DNA of 64,000 nt from Candidatus Liptonbacteria bacterium (GTDB taxonomy: Bacteria > Patescibacteriota > Minisyncoccia > UBA6257 > 2-01-FULL-56-20). Shown piece by piece: positions 28,873 through 36,065 of this stretch. Location of the stretch: contig VGJV01000001.1 in assembly GCA_016867315.1 (NCBI GenBank), forward strand, positions 130,649-194,648, in the 5' to 3' direction. Under the pieces are notes generated by a model. The model made no database searches and was not told the origin of the DNA. It saw nothing but the letters and a program-made list of their open reading frames with translations. Position 1 is the stretch's first letter; every line of letters starts with the position of its first letter. The translations under genes were made by a program, and so were the position numbers.

Positions 28873-29952
28873 TTAGGGCTTAAAATCTTTGCAGGTTAAA
28901 TTCTTCTTGGCGCATGATTCTTTGATTTTACTTATTGCGGCAGAGGCAGCCTCTCTCATCGCTTGGGCTTTTGGAGGGTCATTTTTGTCGAGATCTCGCG
29001 CGCGAGTTTCGGCGCTATTTGAAATCTGTTGCATGATTTTGTTTACATCCGAGGCTACTTTAGTAGTGTTCGGCAATTGTGCCCCGGCAGCGCCTGCTCC
29101 TGCGCCCGCTCTCGCGGCGGCTTGGGCCATTTCAATCGCACTTTGTTTCAGGCGCGCTTCCATGCCGTTGGCCGTAACTTCGGCATCGAAGTTGACGTTC
29201 GCCTTAAATCTTTCAAATAGGGCCGCAGCTGCGGCTTCCTGATCTTTTTTATCGAGGAATTCTTTTATACGCGAGTCGTATATTCTGTTTAGAGCCTCTT
29301 TTTGAACTTCCGTGGGGGCTCCTTCTTTGGCAAGGAGCTTGGCTTTTTCAGTAAAAAAATCGGTAGCGGAGTTCGTGTGCAGGTTTGCGGCCTCTTTTTC
29401 TAGTTTTAAAGCTTCGGAGGTTTTACCTTCGAGTCTTAGCTTGGCAGCCTGGGTTTCTAAGTCGTGTATCTCTTGAGTATTTGCTGCCGCTCTTTTTCTC
29501 GCCGCCTCGAACACTTCGTGATCTTTGTTATATTCCTGAAAGGTAGTTGAAGGGTCTATTGTATCTCGGATTCCTTCGAGGCCTTTAATAAGGAACGAAG
29601 GGCCTTGCGGATTTTTGGCGAGGATTTGGGGATTTACGAGATTCAGAATAATTCCTGCCCCTAATAGTAGTACGAGACCCAGGAGTGCTTGGGTGATTCG
29701 ATCCTTTCCCTCACTCTTTTTTTCGGGGTTCGCGGCGCCCAGAATGTAGAGGATGCTTCCGTAGACGATTGCACCGAATGCGAGGAGCCCTCCTAAGAGA
29801 AGCGCGAATTGGTAGGCATTACCTAGAATTCCCTCCGGGCTGCCGTAGGTGGGATTTGTGCCCGGAATATTCGGGTTGATCTCGGCAGCGGATGCCCCGG
29901 GACTTATGAGAAGAATTCCCAATACACCGAGGCTAAGAAAAAGTTTCTTCAT
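28873..29952 (-). CDS. VirB2/TrbC-like pilin with a long C-terminal helical extension
   Basis: Signal peptide, then LLAFGAIVYGSILYI...A.NPEKKSEGKDRITQALLGL...ILNLVNP. Confidence 0.7.
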   Translation of the reverse strand: MKKLFLSLGVLGILLISPGASAAEINPNIPGTNPTYGSPEGILGNAYQFALLLGGLLAFGAIVYGSILYILGAANPEKKSEGKDRITQALLGLVLLLGAGIILNLVNPQILAKNPQGPSFLIKGLEGIRDTIDPSTTFQEYNKDHEVFEAARKRAAANTQEIHDLETQAAKLRLEGKTSEALKLEKEAANLHTNSATDFFTEKAKLLAKEGAPTEVQKEALNRIYDSRIKEFLDKKDQEAAAAALFERFKANVNFDAEVTANGMEARLKQSAIEMAQAAARAGAGAGAAGAQLPNTTKVASDVNKIMQQISNSAETRARDLDKNDPPKAQAMREAASAAISKIKESCAKKNLTCKDFKP

Positions 29953-30608
29953 GGGATGATGAGCGTGTTCGCCTTTTTGGCTGCTTCTATTTCGGAGAAA
30001 GGGTTGTAGATCGAGAGCGTGACGTTCAGAGCAGCACCTGCGGGGACGGTTTTAATCGTGAGTACGTCAGGTTCGCCCGAAGCCGCGGCTTTTTCGCCAT
30101 TCACTATCCAATCGAAAGAGAGAATTTCGGCGAAATCAACGTTGAAAAAAAACGGAAGGCCTTTTAGCGCTAAAGGAGGGCGAAGTGGGGTGCTTGGGGT
30201 TTGCATTACGGCTTCCGGAAATACAACCGGGATGGTAATTCCCTTAATAACTCCTTCTTTCAGCGTCGGAATTTCTACTCGGAGAGAGATTGGACTGAAC
30301 TTGAGAGGAGGGGTTCGGAAGAACGTGGAGTGTATGCCGGTTCCTCCACTTACAAAGTTATTGTCCACATACCAATATATGGTTTCTTTGGAGAGATCTA
30401 TAAGACGGCCATTTTGAAGTGCCTCTACCGACGCTTCGATGCGGGACTCGGCAGTAGGAAGAGGTTTTCCTAGATAGCCAGCGGGAGTAAAGGTAGAGGC
30501 CCGCCAGCTTATTATGACCTGAGGGGCGGATTGAGCGTGAAGAGGAAGGGTGGTGGCCAACCCCCCCAGAATAAGAAGCGCGCTATATGCGAGAATGGCT
30601 TTAGGCAT
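29949..30608 (-). CDS. Secreted hypothetical protein
   Basis: Signal peptide; beta-rich; in operon. Confidence 0.75.
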   Translation of the reverse strand: MPKAILAYSALLILGGLATTLPLHAQSAPQVIISWRASTFTPAGYLGKPLPTAESRIEASVEALQNGRLIDLSKETIYWYVDNNFVSGGTGIHSTFFRTPPLKFSPISLRVEIPTLKEGVIKGITIPVVFPEAVMQTPSTPLRPPLALKGLPFFFNVDFAEILSFDWIVNGEKAAASGEPDVLTIKTVPAGAALNVTLSIYNPFSEIEAAKKANTLIIP

Positions 30609-30767
30609 GTTCCCCTAATTATATCCGCTCTATATATTTCTCGCTTGAGTAGATTTCCACACCTCTTATCCTATAACCCCTGAAATTCACTCATTCTTCC
30701 CTGCAGGCTTACGGGCAGAATGAATGATTTCAAGGGTTCGGCATTATGCCGTGAGTGGCAGTTTACT

Positions 30768-31433
30768 TTAGTCATCTTTCGAACGGGGCTTTTCCGGTTC
30801 AGGCATTTTCGTCATGACTTCTTGGAGTTTTTCGAGGGGGTCTTTTTCGGCGCCCATTGCTTCATCCGAAACAGTACTTCCTGATTTTGCTGGGCTTTGT
30901 GCGAAGTTTTCACCTAATTCTTCCGTGCCCCCGGCTCTCACCGCGGTTTTTTCGGTTTTCTCTTGGTGCACCCCCGATCGTTCGACTCCGTGGGTGGCCG
31001 TTTGTTCGGCACGGACTGCAGCGGCGCCCGCTCGTACTTTTTGCATCATGGTGCCCCCGCCGCGCATCGCGGTGGAGACTCCCACTGTCGTATTTACCGC
31101 TTTTGCTGCAAAAGAATTTGGATTATGGTCGGCATATACCGTCCAAATCCAACCCGCGGTGAGTAATGGAGCTGCCCCCAACCACGGAAAGAGTTCTAGA
31201 AGCCAGGTGATGAGTTGGCGGATGGGAGGAATTCCCTTCAGGAAAAGATACACAAAAATAGTGGAGGCAAGGGTATCTAATATCCAAAAATCATCAAGAC
31301 CCACGAAAATAATTCCTATTTCCACCGCGTCTATCGCGGCGAATACAAAACCGATAAGGAGTGTTTCGGTTACGGAAATTTTCGGTTCGGGTTCGCTTCT
31401 TTCCCCATTTTCTGCTTCCAACTCTTCCGCCAT
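30768..31433 (-). CDS. Membrane hypothetical protein
   Basis: Several TM segments then a disordered tail; directly follows the VirB4-like gene. Confidence 0.75.
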   Translation of the reverse strand: MAEELEAENGERSEPEPKISVTETLLIGFVFAAIDAVEIGIIFVGLDDFWILDTLASTIFVYLFLKGIPPIRQLITWLLELFPWLGAAPLLTAGWIWTVYADHNPNSFAAKAVNTTVGVSTAMRGGGTMMQKVRAGAAAVRAEQTATHGVERSGVHQEKTEKTAVRAGGTEELGENFAQSPAKSGSTVSDEAMGAEKDPLEKLQEVMTKMPEPEKPRSKDD

Positions 31434-31436
31434 AAA

Positions 31437-33158
31437 TTATTTTTCTTTCAAAAGCTGTTCGGGGTTCGTGGTAACCAATTGGTCTTCGAAGTAGGAGGCT
31501 ATAATTTGGATGGCTACATGTTTTTTGCCTGCAAAAAACAACCCAGTCCCCACTTCTGCCCCGAGAAGCAGGCCTTTTTCGGCTTCCGTGAGATCGAAGG
31601 CTTTCGCTACTACGTCGATAGTGGCGGGGGCTTGTTTCAAAAGGAGCTGCAGGGAGGAGTTCGTAATAATAGGGCGGCCATAGGGAGAACGCAGGAAATC
31701 TTCCACGTCTTGGGTGATAGTAGAGACTCCCAGATAGTATTTTCGAGCTCGTTTTACTAAGCCGAAGAGGAAAGTGGCCGAGTCTTCGTTTTTCATCATG
31801 AGCCAGGCTTCATCGATGATGAGGATTCGACGCTTGAGCTTGGCCCTAATCAGATTCCAAATAAAGTTCAAAATCACAAACATCGCAATCGGGCGCAGTT
31901 CTTCTTCGAGGTCCCGAATGGAAAACACTATGAGGCGATTTCCAATGTCGATGTTCGTTTGTTTGTCGACAAAGCCCGCGAAGGAGCCTTTCGTGTATTT
32001 ATAGAGGCGTTCCGCCATTGCCCGTCCCCCTTCGAGATTTCGGAGCACGGTCTCCAAGTCTTCAAGGAGAGGGGGTTCTTTGCCGCTAAAATCTTCTCCC
32101 GCAACAATCTCACGCGAAGCGTATGTTTCGGTGATCGCTCGGTCGAGCAGCGAATCTTCTTCGGGGGTGAGTTTCCCAAGCATAAGCTTCACTAAGCTTG
32201 CGAGGTTTACAATATGCGATCGCAAAATGTCCGAAGCGGACTCCCCTTCCGGAATGATGGGGATATCGAAAGGATTAATGTGTTCTTCGGAAGAAAGAGA
32301 AATATTAAAGAAGCTCCCTCCTAAGGCTCGGGCTAAACGTTCATATTCGTTTTCCGGGTCGATCACAATTACCTCGGTGCCTACCATGAGCGAGCGGATG
32401 ATCTCGAGTTTGGTGGAGTAGGATTTTCCCGAGCCGGATTTGGCAAATACCACCTGGTTGGCGTTTTCAAGTGAGAAGCGATCGAATACGACCAGGCTGT
32501 TATTATGACGATTGATCCCGTACATTATTCCCTCGTTCGAGGTTAGATCTTCCGAAACAAAGGGGAAGAATGAGGAGATCGGACTCGAATTCATGGGAGT
32601 GTGTACATCGAGTTTATCGTTGCCGAATGGGAATACTGAGAGCAGGCCCTCGAGCTGTTCGAAGAGGGCAGGTTTGATGTAGACAAGTTTCGCTTCCATG
32701 AGGGAGACTATCTGGCTTTCCAGTTTCGCCAATTCTTCCGGGGTGTCGGCATAAATCGCAATATACACGGAAGTATTAAAAAGTTTTTCCTCGGATTGCT
32801 GGAGGGTGTCCCGAAGATTCTCCACATCCTTAAAAGCGGTTTCGAGGAGCGGATCTCTCACCAATCCCTTTTCTTCCGAGTCGGCGATTTGAGATTCGAG
32901 TTGCGCGGCTTTTTTACGCAGGTTTTTCAACGCATCGCCAGTATTGATCGGCGTAATGAAAATCGATACATCAAGCAAATTCGGAAGATTTACTAAGGGC
33001 TCAAACCAGCCGGTCGAAAGATACCGGGGGTAGGAGAGCACGAAAAAGGTTTTGGCGAGTTTGTTCCCGATTTTCAAATAGTTCGGAGTGACCTCCACTC
33101 CGGCAGGAGCGATGATTTTCGCAATGTCTGTGGGGTTGTTCTGCTTCGTTTCTTCCAT
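31437..33158 (-). CDS. virB4: VirB4/TraE-like type IV secretion ATPase
   Basis: AKSGSGKS Walker A, VIDPENEY, INPFD, IIDEAW Walker B, KRARKY, ITQD. Confidence 0.9.
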   Translation of the reverse strand: MEETKQNNPTDIAKIIAPAGVEVTPNYLKIGNKLAKTFFVLSYPRYLSTGWFEPLVNLPNLLDVSIFITPINTGDALKNLRKKAAQLESQIADSEEKGLVRDPLLETAFKDVENLRDTLQQSEEKLFNTSVYIAIYADTPEELAKLESQIVSLMEAKLVYIKPALFEQLEGLLSVFPFGNDKLDVHTPMNSSPISSFFPFVSEDLTSNEGIMYGINRHNNSLVVFDRFSLENANQVVFAKSGSGKSYSTKLEIIRSLMVGTEVIVIDPENEYERLARALGGSFFNISLSSEEHINPFDIPIIPEGESASDILRSHIVNLASLVKLMLGKLTPEEDSLLDRAITETYASREIVAGEDFSGKEPPLLEDLETVLRNLEGGRAMAERLYKYTKGSFAGFVDKQTNIDIGNRLIVFSIRDLEEELRPIAMFVILNFIWNLIRAKLKRRILIIDEAWLMMKNEDSATFLFGLVKRARKYYLGVSTITQDVEDFLRSPYGRPIITNSSLQLLLKQAPATIDVVAKAFDLTEAEKGLLLGAEVGTGLFFAGKKHVAIQIIASYFEDQLVTTNPEQLLKEK

Positions 33159-33160
33159 GA

Positions 33161-33832
33161 TTATGTTTTAGCTTCGCTGCCCGGAATGGTGAGATCTTCT
33201 CTCTCGACGGATTCAGGATTATAAAAGTTATAGAGCATTTCCGCGAGTTCTTTATTTCCTAATGCCACGGCTTCCAAACCGATCGCGTTTAAACCTTCGA
33301 TAACCTGAGCGGTGCGTTGATTAAGTTGCTCCAAGGATTCTTTGAAATCCCCTTCTTTTTCTTCTGCGGCCGCCGCCGCCGCATTCTCGTTTTGTTTTAG
33401 AAATGGAATAAAACGCAGGATACTCCGTGTCGAGGGGAGGGCTACGGTTACCCAGGGGATCACCACAAAAAAAGTTTTTTCCATTATAGCGTTTTTTTCC
33501 ACAAAACCCCGGATGAATTCCCGGTATTCTGAGTTCTGGTTTCGTAATAGTGGGGAGGGTTCGGTTTTTTCAAATCCTCCCAACTTGTCGAGGTACTTTG
33601 AGATGTTAATTCTTCGGGAGTGAATAATAACTTGGAGCGGGAAATCAAGGGTGTTCAGAAAATTTTGATACCCGGAAGTGATGGTATTTTGTTCCGTTTC
33701 CGAACGCAGCGCGAAATTCATCCCGTTTACCATAAGGATTTGTCGTAGGCTGCCGTCGCGGAGTACCAGTACTCCATCGCGGACTTCTTTTACAGCCACT
33801 AAGTCTTGAGCGTTCGCGAATTGTTTTGGCAT
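33161..33832 (-). CDS. VirB4-associated (TraC-like N-terminal domain) protein
   Basis: MNFALRSETEQ, FLNTLDFPLQVIIHSR, LYNFYNP; lies between prgI and virB4. Confidence 0.75.
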   Translation of the reverse strand: MPKQFANAQDLVAVKEVRDGVLVLRDGSLRQILMVNGMNFALRSETEQNTITSGYQNFLNTLDFPLQVIIHSRRINISKYLDKLGGFEKTEPSPLLRNQNSEYREFIRGFVEKNAIMEKTFFVVIPWVTVALPSTRSILRFIPFLKQNENAAAAAAEEKEGDFKESLEQLNQRTAQVIEGLNAIGLEAVALGNKELAEMLYNFYNPESVEREDLTIPGSEAKT

Positions 33833-33837
33833 AGAAC

Positions 33838-33867
33838 AGCTTTAAGGTTTAAGCTTTGAGCTTTAAG
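33838..33867. repeat. Heptamer array AGCTTTA AGGTTTA AGCTTTG AGCTTTA
   Basis: Four 7-bp units just downstream of the four-helix-bundle gene. Confidence 0.85.
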
Positions 33868-33879
33868 TGGAAGACCTTC

Positions 33880-34245
33880 TTATTGTACCTTTTTTTGCTC
33901 AAGTTTCTCCTTCATCCCGTAAAGCATTTTCTGGACTTCATCGAGGAGAGATTCGGCTCGTGCGTAGTTCAGTTTAGAATATAGGCGTTTCGCAATTATG
34001 AGTTGAGTTTCTAATTCTGCAGAAGACGCGTCGGCTATTCTTAGGAAGTGGAGGTATTCCGGAATGTCTTTTCGGCGAGAGCCTTCAGCAATGTTTGATG
34101 GTATGGAAATTGTAGCTCTCCGCATTTGAATGCTAAGACCAAACATCTCTTCTTTTGGGAATTGTGCAGTGAGTTCGTAAACTTCAATTACAAGCTCAAT
34201 CGATCTTTGCCATACAATAAGTTCTTTGTAGGATTTTACATACAT
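33880..34245 (-). CDS. Four-helix-bundle protein (23S rRNA IVP/S23 family, Avd-related fold)
   Basis: YKELIVWQRS, FPKEEMFGLSIQMRRA, SIPSNIAEG, SSAELETQL. Confidence 0.93.
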   Translation of the reverse strand: MYVKSYKELIVWQRSIELVIEVYELTAQFPKEEMFGLSIQMRRATISIPSNIAEGSRRKDIPEYLHFLRIADASSAELETQLIIAKRLYSKLNYARAESLLDEVQKMLYGMKEKLEQKKVQ

Positions 34246-34251
34246 ATTGGA

Positions 34252-34281
34252 CTCAAAGCTTAAAGCTGGAAGCTAAAAGCT
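34252..34281. repeat. Heptamer array CAAAGCT TAAAGCT GGAAGCT AAAAGCT, inverted relative to 33838
   Basis: Four 7-bp units just upstream of the four-helix-bundle gene. Confidence 0.85.
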
Positions 34282-34287
34282 ATGTAG

Positions 34288-34794
34288 CTATCTGTAGTCT
34301 ACCCGGCGGGCAGCGTGCCGTTCGCCGGTTTTTTTCCGAAACACTGCAAATTGATCCTCGGCCTGGTTCAAGAAGGTTCCCGGGGAGATTTTCCCGGTTC
34401 CGGTTTGCAGCTTTTGCCAGGTTTTTCGCAGGGCCAATCCGGAGAGCACTTCTTCGAGGGAGGCGTTCGAAGTGGGAGAGGTGGGCTCTAGTACGGGAGC
34501 AGGAGCAGTTTTCTTATCCTGGGGTTGCCATACGTACGTTTGAGGTTTCCAGAAGTAGAAGAATGCAGCACGAGCTACGGTAGGAAGAGAACGCCCCCCG
34601 ATCTTTACAAACGCAAGCGCGATACCTATGGCAACAAGGGGCAAAGAGACCAAGAGCCACAGCCATAGTTCCACGAGAAGATATAATATGAGAGATATTC
34701 CTCCCGTAATTCCTATATAGATGAATTGTTTGAGGCTCAAAGGCCCCACAATTTTATCTTCGGTTTCGATGAATTGAGGAACTTGGAATTGCAT
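34288..34794 (-). CDS. prgI: PrgI-family (VirB3-like) protein
   Basis: MQFQVPQFIETEDKIVGPLSLKQF plus two TMs. Confidence 0.88.
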   Translation of the reverse strand: MQFQVPQFIETEDKIVGPLSLKQFIYIGITGGISLILYLLVELWLWLLVSLPLVAIGIALAFVKIGGRSLPTVARAAFFYFWKPQTYVWQPQDKKTAPAPVLEPTSPTSNASLEEVLSGLALRKTWQKLQTGTGKISPGTFLNQAEDQFAVFRKKTGERHAARRVDYR

Positions 34795-34800
34795 CAGATT

Positions 34801-34832
34801 TAGCTTTAAGCGTTAAGCTTTTAGCTTTAAGT
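34801..34832. repeat. Heptamer array AGCTTTA AGCGTTA AGCTTTT AGCTTTA
   Basis: Intergenic, upstream of prgI; 31/32 identical to 44107-44138. Confidence 0.9.
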
Positions 34833-34841
34833 AAGAATATA

Positions 34842-36062
34842 TCATTTTGGCGGAACGGGAGGCTCGTCGAACGAGTCAAGGTCGAGTATATCATCTCCTG
34901 GCTTCTCCGGCGTGGAGGGAGCTTCCGGGGCGGGAGGAGGCGGGATTTCGGACAGAGAGACAGTTTCCAAAACCTCTTTTTTCTTTCCAAAAAAGCGGGA
35001 GAAAAATCCGGGTTTACTCGGGGAGATGGGCTCCGGAGCAGGGGGAGTTTCTGTTGGAAGTGGCGGCGGAATTTCGGAATCGTTCGAAAAGTTTGAGAAA
35101 TTCAGCACGTCATTCTTGGAAGTTTCGGGATGGGGCATAGGCGGAGGTTCGTCTGCAGCCGGTTCTTTTATGGCTGAGAGAGGGGTTTCTGGAACAGCGG
35201 GTTCTAAGGGGGTGCGAAGATCGGCGTAGTGCACGATTCGCTCTTCGTTTTCGGTTTTACGTTGTTCTGCAGTTTCCTTATTCTCCTCCGAGCCAATCTC
35301 AATATTGGCTTGCGGAACTGGTATAGCCTCGGATTCGGAAGGTCCAAATTCTTCTGGCTTAATGTTTAGAGAAAAATCCTCCACGCGTGGAAGTGAAGGC
35401 GCCCCCGGTTCTTCGTGAAGGATGAATGGAGTGGCATCGGTAGAGGAGGAAGGCACATTTGGGGCAGGAGGGGTTTCAGTGGGCGCTGGAGGCGGAGTGA
35501 ATGACATATCGAACGAGGGGGGAGTGATATCTTGCGGAGGGGTGAAAGAAGGCGAAGGAGTGATTTCGGGCGAGGATTCTAATGAATCGAGCGTTACCGG
35601 GGCTTCCTTAAAGAAGGAATTTTCACCACTTTCCGGCTTTAACTTTTCGAGGGTTTGCTCAAAGGCATCCGGAGTTTGAATATCTTCCATTTGGGTGGGA
35701 GCGGCGTGTTCTTCGGGATGTGTGCCAGGAGGGGCATAGACTGCATCTAATTCATCGCGAAGCGAGCCGAATATTTTGGAGTTCAGTGTAACTGCGATTT
35801 TGTTCGCAATTTCGGGGTGTATGCCCGTCGAGAGTTTTACTTCGTTCGCCACATCCTCGGGATGAAGGAAGCCTAAAAATACCCACGAAGCGATACGCGC
35901 CACTTCTCGGTACTTCTCTTCGGAGAGGTGCTCGGCCTCACAAACTTGAGAGACGAGCTCTCCGTTTTTTTCGGAGGCCAAGGCTTCGCGCAGGTCCGGC
36001 GGGAGCATATCCCAGCGCTGCCAGACTAGATCGTTTGCAATTGTGGTGGGTTGAGGGTTCAT
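34842..36062 (-). CDS. Hypothetical protein with a helical N-domain and a long Pro/Glu-rich disordered region
   Basis: Long ORF in operon context; composition. Confidence 0.8.
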   Translation of the reverse strand: MNPQPTTIANDLVWQRWDMLPPDLREALASEKNGELVSQVCEAEHLSEEKYREVARIASWVFLGFLHPEDVANEVKLSTGIHPEIANKIAVTLNSKIFGSLRDELDAVYAPPGTHPEEHAAPTQMEDIQTPDAFEQTLEKLKPESGENSFFKEAPVTLDSLESSPEITPSPSFTPPQDITPPSFDMSFTPPPAPTETPPAPNVPSSSTDATPFILHEEPGAPSLPRVEDFSLNIKPEEFGPSESEAIPVPQANIEIGSEENKETAEQRKTENEERIVHYADLRTPLEPAVPETPLSAIKEPAADEPPPMPHPETSKNDVLNFSNFSNDSEIPPPLPTETPPAPEPISPSKPGFFSRFFGKKKEVLETVSLSEIPPPPAPEAPSTPEKPGDDILDLDSFDEPPVPPK

Positions 36063-36065
36063 GGG

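Noticed and set aside
33880-34245. Four-helix-bundle gene as avd of a diversity-generating retroelement
   Set aside because: No reverse transcriptase and no TR/VR pair with adenine-specific mismatches seen in the window
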